Below are positions 37,555 through 47,904 of a stretch of 64,000 bases of DNA, one piece after another (the stretch's first letter is position 1; each line of letters starts with the position of its first letter). Position numbers and translations under genes: made by a program. Below the pieces are notes generated by a model. It saw only the letters and a list, made by a program, of their open reading frames with translations, was not told the origin of the DNA and searched no databases. Where the stretch lies: positions 13,975-77,974 of the forward strand of contig MHFR01000016.1 in NCBI GenBank assembly GCA_001804285.1, written 5' to 3'. This DNA is from Candidatus Danuiimicrobium aquiferis. GTDB lineage: Bacteria; Omnitrophota; Omnitrophia; Omnitrophales; Danuiimicrobiaceae.

Positions 37555-40338
37555 ATGAAAGAAGAAATTGTTTTAACGGGTGTCCGTACTCACAATTTAA
37601 AAAATATCGATGTTGCCATTCCGCACCGGAAGATAACCGTTATAACGGGATTAAGCGGTTCCGGAAAATCATCGCTCGCATTTGATACCCTTTATGCGGA
37701 AGGCCGCCGACGGTATGTTGAATCGCTTTCAACCTATGCACGCCAATTTCTGGAAAGAATCGAAAAACCCGACTTAGATAGTGTTGCTGGGATGCTTCCT
37801 GCAATTGCGATTCAAGCGAAAAATGTCGTGACGAATGCGCGTTCAACCGTCGGTACGCAAACGGAGCTTCATGATTATTTCAGGCTTCTATATGCCCGAA
37901 TCGGGGTTACGTTATGTACGTCCTGCCATAAAAAAATAGAGGTGGATTCTGCTGAAAGTATTTACGAAAAGCTCGCCAAGTCTTTCGAGGAACAATTGGT
38001 AACGATTTCTTTTCCGTTTTCTGTTTCAAAAAAATCCATGAAGGTGACCGAAGGCGTGGTCCAGGAACTCGAGAAACAGGGCTTTTTATTTTTAATGCTC
38101 GGAGGGAAAAAGGTTGCGCTCGAAGAATTGCAAAAACAGCGCCTGAAACAAGTTAGAGATATGTTGATTGTGGCGGATGAAGTGGAGCTTAAACCGAGAA
38201 ATCGCAATCGAATCATTGATTCTCTTGAAAGTGCTCTCAGATTGGGAAAAGGATTCGTTTCTATTTTTTCTGAGCAGGGTAGTGAGTTTGTTGGGCAGAA
38301 ATTTTCCAGCCATTTCCGCTGTGCTCATTGCGATTTGGAATATCGCCTTGCGACACCAAATACATTTTCTTTTAATAATCCGCTCGGCGCTTGTCCGGAA
38401 TGTCAGGGGTTTGGGAGAGTGATTACGATTGATTGGAATCTGGTTGTTCCCAATCCACAGCTTTCAATTTCGGAAGGCGTCATTGAGCCATGGACCAAGC
38501 CAAGTGCCGTCAGGGAATTCCGACAGCTTAAAAAATTTTGCGAACACCGCCAAATACCAAAAGACGTTCCGTTTTCTCAACTCGCCGAGGAACAACGTCA
38601 GTGGATTTTAAAAGGAGGAAGTGGGGACGCAGATTATTTCAGCGTAGTCGATTTTTTTAAATATCTTGAGAAGAAAACTTATAAAATGCACATCCGGATT
38701 TTCTTAAGCAAATACCGCGGATATATTCCATGCGCCACTTGTTTGGGAAAACGGCTCAAGCCCGAAGCGCTTGCGGTAAAAGTTGACGGCAAGGATATTT
38801 CGGAATTGAGCGCTTTTACGATCTCGAATCTAAAGTCTTTTTTCGAAACATTGAAATTTTCCGAATATGATGAGAAGGTGGCAGAGCCGATTCTCCTTGA
38901 AATTCGGAAACGGCTTAATTTTTTGTACCATATCGGGTTGGGATATCTTTCACTGGATCGCTTATCGCGGACTTTATCCGGCGGAGAAGCACAGCGGATA
39001 CACCTGGCTTCTTCGCTCGGCTCTGCTCTGGTTGATACCCTTTATGTGTTGGACGAACCGAGTGTCGGGCTTCATGAACGCGATAACACCATGCTAATCA
39101 ACCTCCTCAGGGAACTTCGCGATTTGGGAAACACCGTTGTGGTGGTTGAACACGATAAAATGATGATTGAGGCCGCGGATTATATGATTGATCTTGGGCC
39201 GCTCAGCGGCGGGAAAGGCGGCGAAATTACGTTTGCCGGGCCGTTTGAAAATCTCAAATATGCGAAAGATTCATATACCGCGCGTTATTTTTCAGGTGAA
39301 TTTCAAATTAAACGCGGGAAGCCGTTTCTTGCCGAACCCGGCAGTGGAAGGACGATTTCAATTGACGGCGCGCGGCAGCATAATTTAAAAAATATTTCAG
39401 TTTCAATTCCTTTGCAACGGATGGTAGTGATTACCGGAGTTTCCGGTTCAGGGAAAAGCACGTTGATGTACGACATCCTTTACAATCATTATTTGCGTTA
39501 CCGGGGGAGGAAAGTCCAGGATGTCGGTGAAGTGAGGGGGGGCAAGGGGTTCGAATGCATTAAAGATATTTTATTGATCGACCAGTCACCGATCGGAAGA
39601 ACCCCTCGCTCAAATCCTGTCACGTACCTTAAAGCATTCGATTATATCCGGAAAGCATTCGCCGGTACGATTGATGCGAAGCGAAGGCATTTGACGGCCA
39701 GTGATTTCTCATTCAATGCAGGGAAAGGACGTTGCGAAGAGTGTGAAGGAGCTGGGGTGATGATGGTTGAAATGCATTTTTTGGCGGACATTTCAATGAC
39801 GTGTGAAGCGTGTGGCGGAACACGGTATCAATCGCGGGTTCTTGATGTTCGATACAAAGGTAAAAATATTCACGAAGTTTTAAATATGACGGTTGATGAG
39901 GCGTATGATTTCTTCGGAGATCTGAGAGCTCTTGTAGAGCGACTCTCGATATTAAAACAAGTCGGCCTTGGATATCTCCGACTGGGCCAGTCTGCGACGA
40001 CGCTTTCAGGCGGCGAGGCGCAAAGGCTCAAGCTTGCCTCTGAAATGGTAACGTCAAGCCAGGAAAATCTCCTCTATTTATTTGATGAGCCGACCACCGG
40101 ACTTCATTATCACGATATTGCTTCGCTTTTATCCTCTTTTGAAGTGTTGCTCAAACGCGGACATTCGCTTTGCATTATCGAACACAATATGGAAGTGATT
40201 AAATGCGCCGATTATATTATTGATCTTGGCCCAGAGGGCGGTGATTCCGGGGGAGAGGTCATTTATGCCGGGCCGCTTGAAGGGATCCTGAATGTCCCTA
40301 AATCATATACGGGCAAGGCTTTACGGAAATATATGTGA
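37555..40338 (+). CDS. uvrA: Excinuclease ABC subunit A
   Basis: GLSGSGKSSLAFDTLYAEGRRRYVESLSTYARQFL and tandem ABC ATPase modules with zinc fingers. Confidence 0.95.
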   Translation: MKEEIVLTGVRTHNLKNIDVAIPHRKITVITGLSGSGKSSLAFDTLYAEGRRRYVESLSTYARQFLERIEKPDLDSVAGMLPAIAIQAKNVVTNARSTVGTQTELHDYFRLLYARIGVTLCTSCHKKIEVDSAESIYEKLAKSFEEQLVTISFPFSVSKKSMKVTEGVVQELEKQGFLFLMLGGKKVALEELQKQRLKQVRDMLIVADEVELKPRNRNRIIDSLESALRLGKGFVSIFSEQGSEFVGQKFSSHFRCAHCDLEYRLATPNTFSFNNPLGACPECQGFGRVITIDWNLVVPNPQLSISEGVIEPWTKPSAVREFRQLKKFCEHRQIPKDVPFSQLAEEQRQWILKGGSGDADYFSVVDFFKYLEKKTYKMHIRIFLSKYRGYIPCATCLGKRLKPEALAVKVDGKDISELSAFTISNLKSFFETLKFSEYDEKVAEPILLEIRKRLNFLYHIGLGYLSLDRLSRTLSGGEAQRIHLASSLGSALVDTLYVLDEPSVGLHERDNTMLINLLRELRDLGNTVVVVEHDKMMIEAADYMIDLGPLSGGKGGEITFAGPFENLKYAKDSYTARYFSGEFQIKRGKPFLAEPGSGRTISIDGARQHNLKNISVSIPLQRMVVITGVSGSGKSTLMYDILYNHYLRYRGRKVQDVGEVRGGKGFECIKDILLIDQSPIGRTPRSNPVTYLKAFDYIRKAFAGTIDAKRRHLTASDFSFNAGKGRCEECEGAGVMMVEMHFLADISMTCEACGGTRYQSRVLDVRYKGKNIHEVLNMTVDEAYDFFGDLRALVERLSILKQVGLGYLRLGQSATTLSGGEAQRLKLASEMVTSSQENLLYLFDEPTTGLHYHDIASLLSSFEVLLKRGHSLCIIEHNMEVIKCADYIIDLGPEGGDSGGEVIYAGPLEGILNVPKSYTGKALRKYM

Positions 40339-40418
40339 CAATCAGCACATTTGACTTTTCTCCGTTTAGCAGCTATGTTTTATTATGATTTAATATTGTC
40401 AGGAGTTTAACCGTTAAT

Positions 40419-40763
40419 ATGATGAAATATCAAATTGATTTAAAGCGGATCATTTACGGAGCTGTTTTTGTTGTTTTCGCAGCTGTTTTATTTTTCAGGA
40501 TGCCGAATGGTTTTGGTGGTTTTCAGAGAGATTTGATCAAAGAAACCCAGACGGAACCGGTGCAGGTGACTGAAGAACTTTTGAAACGGGAATCCGAGAC
40601 GGGGCCGGCTTCGCCGACGTTTAAAATGCCGGATGCAAATCAATTTTTGACGGATAAACCCTACGAGGAAAGTCAGGAAGAAGAAGTTGTTACCGAAAAG
40701 AGCGAAGAAAAGACGAAATGGTGGGATAAATGGTTTAACTGGAACGACGAAAAGAATGAATAA
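40419..40763 (+). CDS. Small membrane-anchored acidic protein, unknown
   Basis: N-terminal transmembrane segment and a glutamate-rich tail. Confidence 0.3.
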   Translation: MMKYQIDLKRIIYGAVFVVFAAVLFFRMPNGFGGFQRDLIKETQTEPVQVTEELLKRESETGPASPTFKMPDANQFLTDKPYEESQEEEVVTEKSEEKTKWWDKWFNWNDEKNE

Positions 40764-40926
40764 TTCGTACTAACCTGTTATAAATCAATCATTTAAACAA
40801 AATTAACAAAATCTCGGGTGAACTTGACATTATTTGGGATAAACGCTATTCTTTAGGAAGTTAGGATGAATAAGAAGCATCCTGCCAAGAGATAAAATCT
40901 TTTAACCATCGAATGGATGTGAGGAA

Positions 40927-42600
40927 ATGAGCAAATTCGGCAGACGTTTTAAAATGAATCTTATGAATCATTGGGTGAAGCTTGCGATCACTCTTTCGGT
41001 CGTGATTATGATAGGGCTCTCCATTTGGGGAATGGCTTCTCTGGAAAGCTATTACCGGAACATCACGCTTGCGACGATGCCGATTAATATGCTGATGATG
41101 GCGGTCAATGCCGTCGTTTTTGTCTTCTTATATACCATGGTGATGCAGGGCGGTTTTTCCAAGATAGATACGAAAAGTGTCAATGCCAAGGAAGTGAATA
41201 TTAAATTCAGCGACGTTGTCGGCATGGACGAAGCAAAGGAAGAAGCATGGGAAGTTGTTCAGCTAATCAAAGATCATTCCAAGCTGAAAAAAATTGGGGG
41301 AAAGATTCTTCGGGGAATTCTAATGTTGGGGCCTCCGGGATGCGGGAAAACGTATCTTGCCAAAGCAATTGCGACCGAAGCGGGCCTGCCGTTTCTTTCA
41401 ATGTCAGCCAGTGAATTTGTTGAGGTTTTTGTCGGAGTCGGCGCTTCCCGCGTGAGAAAATTATTTAAAAAAGCGCGCCAACTTGCTTATGGTTTCGGCG
41501 GCTGCATCATTTTCGTTGATGAATTGGATGCCGTTGGGCGTAATCGAGCGTTTAATCAATTTGGAGGATCCGAAACCAATACGACACTCAATCAATTGCT
41601 TGTGGGGATGGACGGACTCGACAGCCAGCAGGAAAATGTTATTGTGATTGGGGCGACAAACGCGCCTGAAGACTCGTTAGACGCGGCACTTCTCCGTCCC
41701 GGGCGATTTGACCGGAAGGTTTATGTGGTGAGGCCGAATTTAGAAGACCGCGCGAAAATGTTTGCGTATTACTTGGAGAAAGTAAAACACGATTCCTCGA
41801 TTGATGTTGCCGTCTTAGCACGCAAAGCCATCGGGAAATCTCCGGCGGAAATTGAGAATATTGTGAAAGAATCCGCTTTGATTTCAGTCCGAAAAGGCCT
41901 AGATGTGATTACGTATAAAGAAATTACGGAAGCAGTCGAGCGGATCGAGCTTGGAATTAAGAATAAAATTAAAATGAATCCACGCGAGCGGGAAATGGTG
42001 GCATATCATGAAACCGGTCATTTGATGGTGACTTATTTGCTACATCCGCGCGACGATGTGTTCAAAGCGTCGATTATCCCAAGGCGAAGTTCTCTGGGGG
42101 TTGTTCACCCGACACCGCGCGAAGAATGGTTTGTGCATGATCGTGAGGCGATTTCAGCGGATATTAAGGTTTGTGTTGCGAGCTATGTCGCTGAAAGGCT
42201 TAAATTTAATACGACCACGAGCGGTGTTTCAGCAGATTTTCAACATGCGATGAGGATTGCGCACCAGATGGTTTGGAAGCTCGGGATGGGGCCATCCGGT
42301 TATATTGGGGATTATTCCTCTATTCCCGAAAACCAGCTTGCTGAAACGATCAAAACCAAACTAAACGATGACACCAATAAAATCCTGAAGGATTGTATGG
42401 ATGAGTGCGAAGCGCTCCTGAAGAAAGAAAATGAGATTTTTGAAAGGTTCGCGCACGAGCTTTTAGTCAAAGATGAGCTTGAATATGATGAAATTGAAGC
42501 GATTTTTAATGAGTACGGCAAGTCAAATCCGAGAATTTTTGGCGGGAAAGGGACCAGTTTTGATAAGGGGCCCGGAACCGATTCTCAGCAAAAGACGTAG
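40927..42600 (+). CDS. FtsH-like AAA+ zinc metalloprotease (single N-terminal transmembrane region)
   Basis: Walker A GPPGCGKT, Walker [10 protein letters not shown], and an HETGH zinc motif. Confidence 0.85.
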   Translation: MSKFGRRFKMNLMNHWVKLAITLSVVIMIGLSIWGMASLESYYRNITLATMPINMLMMAVNAVVFVFLYTMVMQGGFSKIDTKSVNAKEVNIKFSDVVGMDEAKEEAWEVVQLIKDHSKLKKIGGKILRGILMLGPPGCGKTYLAKAIATEAGLPFLSMSASEFVEVFVGVGASRVRKLFKKARQLAYGFGGCIIFVDELDAVGRNRAFNQFGGSETNTTLNQLLVGMDGLDSQQENVIVIGATNAPEDSLDAALLRPGRFDRKVYVVRPNLEDRAKMFAYYLEKVKHDSSIDVAVLARKAIGKSPAEIENIVKESALISVRKGLDVITYKEITEAVERIELGIKNKIKMNPREREMVAYHETGHLMVTYLLHPRDDVFKASIIPRRSSLGVVHPTPREEWFVHDREAISADIKVCVASYVAERLKFNTTTSGVSADFQHAMRIAHQMVWKLGMGPSGYIGDYSSIPENQLAETIKTKLNDDTNKILKDCMDECEALLKKENEIFERFAHELLVKDELEYDEIEAIFNEYGKSNPRIFGGKGTSFDKGPGTDSQQKT

Positions 42601-42615
42601 GGAATGAACGGAATT

Positions 42616-42654
42616 TAAAAAACGCGGAGCATGACCTGCTCCGCGTTTTTTTTA
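42616..42654 (+). terminator. Rho-independent terminator (A-tract, cgcggagca/tgctccgcg stem, T9)
   Basis: aaaaaacgcggagcatgacctgctccgcgttttttttt directly after the ftsH-like stop codon. Confidence 0.8.
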
Positions 42655-42680
42655 GAGAAAAAATTTAAAAATAAATCAAA

Positions 42681-44105
42681 ATGATAAATCAAAAACTCAA
42701 TATTGCATTTCTTTTGTTATTGCTTTCTTTTGCCACTTTTGTCGGTTGCGGGAAGGCGACCTATGATGAGCAAAATATCATCAAGGAAATGAAAAAAATC
42801 TGCTTGGAAGAGTATAAGGTTTCTGATGTTGAGGTGAAAATTGTCGGGAAAACAATAGGTGTTTTTCTTCCGTTAGAGCGCCTTTTTGAAAGTGATATTA
42901 AGAAGATGATTCTTTCCGGAAAAACCACTAATTTGGATTCTCTGTTTGTTCCGCTTCCGGACGCGATGGATAAATTAAATGATGTTCTTTTTACAACGGC
43001 ACGCGTTGTGCTGAGTTCGGATATCGGGCTTGAATTTTATCAGCTCTATGTCTCGGATGTTGAATCGACAGGCCTCCAGATTGTGTTGACCGGTTATATT
43101 CCGGACCTTGACCGGATGCGAATGTGGGACATTCCCCATTCAGAGTATCGAAAACGTGTGCTGCATGATTTAAAGTTGAATCGGGCGTTGCTTTGGGAGA
43201 GACCCGTTCGGAACTTATTCCGTGACGCCGGAAAAATAAGTTCTTTTGAAGCGCTGAGTGTCTATTTTTCAGAACCGCCAAAGCCATTGACTGTGTCACC
43301 TTTATTTTATAATTTTTTAACGGAAATTCAGAACAAGAAAAATTTAAAGATTGATCTCCAAACAGTCAAGGGCCGAACTTACTTTGGGAATCAAGGATTG
43401 ATTTACGTGAAGCTTGTCGAGACGTACGAACCGAAAGATGGAACGAATCCTTCGGGGATTTCTTACCCGTCCGGATCCGAGCTCGAATATATCTTTATTG
43501 TGGATATGATTGAAGAGACGTTTAAAATTACGCAAGTTATTCCGCTGTATTATTTGGATGAAAACCGGCAGCTTAAAAAAATTGCATTCCCAAAGGAGTT
43601 GGATTTATATCAGAATTTGGAATCGTGGCCGGATCATTTTGAAATTGAAGACATTAATATGGGAGAATTCATCGCGATACAACTCGCCCGTCGCATGCAG
43701 AATCTTCTGGCCGAGGATGAGCGGATTCGAAATACGATGACGATGGCTCAAGTGAATATTTCATATTTGCACCATCCGAAAGATATCGGGCCCATTCGGA
43801 AAGAACCGTATTTCAGCATTCAAATGGATTTTGAGCCAAAAAACAGCGGTGCGGGAAATGCGAAAGAATTGCCCTCGGGAACTTTTCTTGAAAACGAAGA
43901 TACGCGTTACGCGGCTGCTTTAGTGATGAAAGAATTCGTAGATGTGATCAGAAGTTACCGTTTTTCCCAATACGGTTATGTTGAGATTTTGGGACTTCAT
44001 CAGGAGTTATCAAAAAATTTTGGAATTTCTTTAGAAAATCTCGAGCTCTTCAGAAAAAAGCAGCTTAATATTAAAGAGCTTTTTGAGGCCGGTTTTAGTT
44101 TATAA
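42681..44105 (+). CDS. Lipoprotein of unknown function (474 aa)
   Basis: Signal peptide plus lipobox FVGC. Confidence 0.55.
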   Translation: MINQKLNIAFLLLLLSFATFVGCGKATYDEQNIIKEMKKICLEEYKVSDVEVKIVGKTIGVFLPLERLFESDIKKMILSGKTTNLDSLFVPLPDAMDKLNDVLFTTARVVLSSDIGLEFYQLYVSDVESTGLQIVLTGYIPDLDRMRMWDIPHSEYRKRVLHDLKLNRALLWERPVRNLFRDAGKISSFEALSVYFSEPPKPLTVSPLFYNFLTEIQNKKNLKIDLQTVKGRTYFGNQGLIYVKLVETYEPKDGTNPSGISYPSGSELEYIFIVDMIEETFKITQVIPLYYLDENRQLKKIAFPKELDLYQNLESWPDHFEIEDINMGEFIAIQLARRMQNLLAEDERIRNTMTMAQVNISYLHHPKDIGPIRKEPYFSIQMDFEPKNSGAGNAKELPSGTFLENEDTRYAAALVMKEFVDVIRSYRFSQYGYVEILGLHQELSKNFGISLENLELFRKKQLNIKELFEAGFSL

Positions 44106-44206
44106 CCTCCTTCCTGTTTAATTCCGGATATTTCTTAAACCTCCGGTTTGTAATAGCTTACATTTTCTTGAAAACCGGTTTGAATTTGTGATATCATTTA
44201 CCCTCA

Positions 44207-44336
44207 TTAGCATTCAAATGGTTAGCCCGGATTTCTCATCGTTAATAAGAAATTCCTTTGGGCGTAACTGATACGGCCCAAAGCGGCTTTCTCGTCGATT
44301 CGCAAAATCGATGAGAAAGGCGGGTTAGAGTGCTAA
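44207..44336. promoter_or_regulatory. Putative CIRCE (HrcA operator) half-sites TTAGCATTC (44207-44215) and GAGTGCTAA (44328-44336), separated by a 103-bp repeat with TTA duplicated at both junctions
   Basis: Deleting 44222-44324 plus one TTA reconstitutes TTAGCATTC-aaatggtta-GAGTGCTAA, a 9-nt spacer. The consensus is TTAGCACTC-N9-GAGTGCTAA. The site lies upstream of hrcA. Confidence 0.5.
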
Positions 44337-44488
44337 CTGGGTTGTGCCTGTTTAGCGTTTTGAAGTTGACGCGCCTCCCTCACCCTAACCCTCTCCCTGA
44401 GGGAGAGGGCAGGGGTGAGGGAGATTTGTTAATCACTTCAAAATGCTAAACTAATACACTGGGTTAGGGATGAGAAATCCGGGCTAAT
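44222..44488. repeat. Composite repeat (family C). Perfect 19-bp terminal inverted repeats ttagcccggatttctcatc / gatgagaaatccgggctaa enclose a family A element (44351-44452) and a 103-bp inner unit (44222-44324).
   Basis: Perfect reverse-complement arms at 44222-44240 and 44470-44488. Confidence 0.7.
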
Positions 44489-44514
44489 TTGATCAGGTTT
44501 TATTAGGAGAGGAA

Positions 44515-45555
44515 ATGGAAGAGCTTTCAGAAAGGCAAAAACGAATTTTAGGATCTATTGTTGAAATGTATGTTTCAACCGTCAATCCTGTGGGCTCAAA
44601 CTCGATTATTGGATTTTCCCGGGACCGGATTTCCTCCGCGACGATTCGAAATGAAATGCATGAGCTTGAGAAATTGGGTTACGTGACACATCCCCATACG
44701 TCTGCTGGGCGGATGCCGACTGATAAAGGATATCGCTACTACGTTGACTGTCTTCTTCGCGGAGTGAGATTGAATTCACGCGACGCCATGAAGATTGCGC
44801 AAGAATTTGAAGCCAATCTTTCGAGTGTTGAAAGTTTGATGGAACGAACAACAAAAATTCTTTCTACGATTTCAGAACAAGTGGGAATGGTGGTGTTTCC
44901 TTCTTTTGAAACGCTTGTCTTAAAGAAAATCGAATTAACGATACTGAGCCGTGGATATTTACTTGTTGTTTGGGTGACGCAGAACGGATTTATTCAGAAT
45001 CGCGTTGTGGATATGAAAGAAGAAATTTTGGAAGCAGAATTAGCGCGCATCTGCCATTTTTTAAATGAAGAATTGCATGGGATGCCCTTAAGCGATATTG
45101 AGTTTTATTTAACTCGTAAACTTGAAGAAGTTCACGATTCCCTTCACAAGCTTTATGAAGAAGCACGGTCGATTATTCAAAATAGTTTTCCGCGCGAAAT
45201 GCCGGGCCGGTTAAGGATTGAAGGATCTCATTATGTTTTAGAAAAGCCCGAATTCGAAAATTGGGAAAAATCGAAGCGGTTTCTTAAAATGGTTGAGGAG
45301 CGGGAATCTCTTTTAGATTTCATTCAGCAAAGCGTAAGGCCGGAACCGGGGGTTCAGGTTTATATCGGTGAAGAGCATAACTGTGAAGATATTCGAGATT
45401 GTTCGCTTGTCACGGCGCCTTATTTTGTCCGCCGCCGCGTGCTTGGCTCTGTCGCAGTTTTGGGGCCTCGTCGCATGGCCTATAACCGGATCATTTCGAT
45501 TGTCGGTTGTGTGGCTGACCGGTTGAGCAGCGAATTGGAACATTGGTCCGTGTAA
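44515..45555 (+). CDS. hrcA: Heat-inducible transcription repressor HrcA
   Basis: N-terminal wHTH RQKRILGSIVEMYVSTVNPVGS; 346 aa; followed by grpE-dnaJ. Confidence 0.9.
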   Translation: MEELSERQKRILGSIVEMYVSTVNPVGSNSIIGFSRDRISSATIRNEMHELEKLGYVTHPHTSAGRMPTDKGYRYYVDCLLRGVRLNSRDAMKIAQEFEANLSSVESLMERTTKILSTISEQVGMVVFPSFETLVLKKIELTILSRGYLLVVWVTQNGFIQNRVVDMKEEILEAELARICHFLNEELHGMPLSDIEFYLTRKLEEVHDSLHKLYEEARSIIQNSFPREMPGRLRIEGSHYVLEKPEFENWEKSKRFLKMVEERESLLDFIQQSVRPEPGVQVYIGEEHNCEDIRDCSLVTAPYFVRRRVLGSVAVLGPRRMAYNRIISIVGCVADRLSSELEHWSV

Positions 45556-45594
45556 GCAATCGTTAAAGAGCAGCATTTTTTAAAGGTGATTCAA

Positions 45595-46290
45595 ATGAAG
45601 CCGAAGGAAAAAAACGAATTTAATAAGGACGAAAAAAAGAAAAGCAGGGAGCCCATTCCACCCGAAAATTCCGGCCATGAAATTTGTGACGAGGCGGAAG
45701 AGAATAAAACGGACGGGAAGGAAGCTTCAAATGAAAAGGTTGAATTGAATCGTGAAGAATATGATCAGTTGCTGACAACCGTGAGCGAGGCGAGTCAATT
45801 GAAGGATCGCTTTTTGCGTTCAGCTGCTGATTTTGAGAATGCGAAAAAACGGCTCTTGAAGGAAAAAGAAGATTTTATTAAATACGCGCTCGAATCATTT
45901 ATTTATGAATTGCTTCCGGTCCTTGATAATTTCGAAAGGGCGGTCAACCACACGGATGAAAACGATCCCAAAACGAAAGCGCTGTACGAAGGTTTCCGCT
46001 TAATTGAAAAGCAATTCATGATGGTGCTTGCGGTTCGCGGGCTTAAACGAATTGATGCGCTGAAAAAACCATTTGATCCCAATTTACACGAAGCTGTTGG
46101 ACATGTGATTTCCGAAGCGGATCCTGAAGGGACTGTGATGGAGGAAATGGTTGCCGGTTACGAATTGAACGGACGATTGATTCGCCCGGCGAAAGTGAAA
46201 ATTTCAAAAAAAGCTGAAGCGAGTTCCGGACAAACTCGGGAAAATGATCGAATTCATTTAGAAGAGGAAAAGAAAGAAGAGCTCACCTGA
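45595..46290 (+). CDS. grpE: Nucleotide exchange factor GrpE
   Basis: GrpE coiled-coil plus C-terminal beta-domain. ATG at 45595 with an AAAGGTGA Shine-Dalgarno sequence. Confidence 0.85.
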   Translation: MKPKEKNEFNKDEKKKSREPIPPENSGHEICDEAEENKTDGKEASNEKVELNREEYDQLLTTVSEASQLKDRFLRSAADFENAKKRLLKEKEDFIKYALESFIYELLPVLDNFERAVNHTDENDPKTKALYEGFRLIEKQFMMVLAVRGLKRIDALKKPFDPNLHEAVGHVISEADPEGTVMEEMVAGYELNGRLIRPAKVKISKKAEASSGQTRENDRIHLEEEKKEELT

Positions 46291-47411
46291 TGGCTTCCGG
46301 AACGAATAAACGGGATTATTATGAGGTGCTTGGGGTGTCCCGCAGTGCTTCTCAAGACGAAATCAAAAAAGCATATCGGCAACTTGCTCTGAAATATCAT
46401 CCGGATCGTAATCATGAGGATAAACATGCGGAAACGCTTTTCAAGGAAGCAGCCGAAGCCTATGCGGTTTTAAGTGATTCTGAGAAGCGGGCCCAGTATG
46501 ATAAATATGGCCATTCACTCGGAGGTTCCGGATTTCACGGATTTCAAGGGTTTGAAAATTCGTTTACGGATTTCAGCGATGTTATTGGAGACTTGTTTGA
46601 AAATTTTTTTGGGGGGGGATCATCCCGTAGTCATGGCGGAAAGCGCGGACGACGCGGTTCGGACTTAGAATATCCCGTTGAAATTACGCTTGAGGAAGCG
46701 CAGAAAGGAAAAGAGTACCCGATTGAATTCGAACGGGCTGAAATTTGCGAGCGGTGTGCTGGATCGGGAGCGGATACGGATAGCAAAAAAATATCTTGCA
46801 AGACATGCGCGGGTTACGGGGAAGTTCGGATTTCTCAAGGTTTTTTTCAAGTCCAGCGAACATGTCCGGACTGTCACGGTGAAGGAGAAATTATTTCAAA
46901 GCCGTGCAAGGATTGTCATGGTGCCGGGCGGGCAAAAAAAACACGAAAATTAAGTTTGAAAATTCCCGCCGGAGTTGACGATGCTTCTTGTCTCAAACTC
47001 GGAGCTGAAGGAGAAGCCGGCCAAAAGGGGGGGGCTCGTGGCGACCTTTATGTTTATATTCATGTTAAGCCGCATGCCTTATTTGAGCGTTCCGGGAATG
47101 ATATTTATTTACAAATGAAAATTGAAATGCATCAGGCCGCGCTCGGAACGGAAATCGAAGTGCCGGTGCTGGATGGCAAACAGATGCTCAAGATTCCGGC
47201 TGGAACACAACCGGAACAAACATTTTGTCTCAGAGGAAAAGGAATGCCGGACTTGCGCGGTCGTAGTCTTGGAGACCAGATTGTTCGGATTAAAGTTGAG
47301 ACACCTGCTCGATTGTCCCGCGAAGAGTGTGAACTATTGGAACAATATGCAGCTTTGAGAGAAAAATCCGGAAATAAAGGGAAAAGTTTTTTTGAACGGT
47401 GGAAAAAATAG
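46290..47411 (+). CDS. dnaJ: Chaperone DnaJ
   Basis: J-domain YHPDRN, four CxxCxGxG repeats; ATGA overlap with grpE. Confidence 0.95.
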   Translation: MASGTNKRDYYEVLGVSRSASQDEIKKAYRQLALKYHPDRNHEDKHAETLFKEAAEAYAVLSDSEKRAQYDKYGHSLGGSGFHGFQGFENSFTDFSDVIGDLFENFFGGGSSRSHGGKRGRRGSDLEYPVEITLEEAQKGKEYPIEFERAEICERCAGSGADTDSKKISCKTCAGYGEVRISQGFFQVQRTCPDCHGEGEIISKPCKDCHGAGRAKKTRKLSLKIPAGVDDASCLKLGAEGEAGQKGGARGDLYVYIHVKPHALFERSGNDIYLQMKIEMHQAALGTEIEVPVLDGKQMLKIPAGTQPEQTFCLRGKGMPDLRGRSLGDQIVRIKVETPARLSREECELLEQYAALREKSGNKGKSFFERWKK

Positions 47412-47488
47412 ATTTGAATTTAGAACGTTGGTTTAGAACAAAGTAATATTTTTTCATTTTAAACTTTTGATAAGGAGTTAAGCTCTCC

Positions 47489-47767
47489 ATGCCAACATAT
47501 GAATACGAATGTCAGTCTTGTCAACATCGGTTCGATCGTTTCCAATCGATTAAAGAAGAGCCGGTCAAAAAATGTCCCAAGTGTAAAGGCAAGGTCCGGA
47601 GATTGATTAGTGCGGGGGCCGGGTTTCTTTTTAAAGGAAGCGGTTTTTATCAGACGGACTACCGTTCGGACTCGTACAAAAAGAAAGCGGCGGCTGAAAA
47701 AACGCCGTGTCCTTCAGCGAAGACAGATGGTTCGTGTGCTTCGTGCCCGAAAAATATAAAAAAGTAA
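47489..47767 (+). CDS. FmdB-family zinc-ribbon protein
   Basis: MPTYEYECQSCQHRFD...CPKCKG. Confidence 0.7.
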   Translation: MPTYEYECQSCQHRFDRFQSIKEEPVKKCPKCKGKVRRLISAGAGFLFKGSGFYQTDYRSDSYKKKAAAEKTPCPSAKTDGSCASCPKNIKK

Positions 47768-47794
47768 TGAGTCAATGAGTCGGGATGCAGGTTG

Positions 47795-47902
47795 ATCCCA
47801 CCACCTGTTTGTCGCGCGATTCCTAAATCGCGGTAAATTTTTCAATAAAGGCAAAAGTGACGACAGGTTGGATAAAAATCGCTTTTGCGCAAACAGGTGG
47901 TG
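47795..47902 (+). promoter_or_regulatory. 17-bp perfect inverted repeat (atcccaccacctgtttg / caaacaggtggtgggat) with an internal gcgcgattcctaaatcgcg hairpin. The right arm contains the Shine-Dalgarno sequence and start codon of the thioesterase.
   Basis: Reverse-complement arms at 47795-47811 and 47886-47902. The ATG at 47905 lies 1 nt downstream of the right arm. Confidence 0.5.
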
Positions 47903-47904
47903 GG

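Noticed and set aside
44330-44341. TTAGAGTGCTAA as a compressed, self-contained CIRCE palindrome
   Set aside because: Its reverse complement is TTAGCACTCTAA, so it is not self-complementary. It is better explained as the right CIRCE half-site plus a TTA target duplication (see finding).
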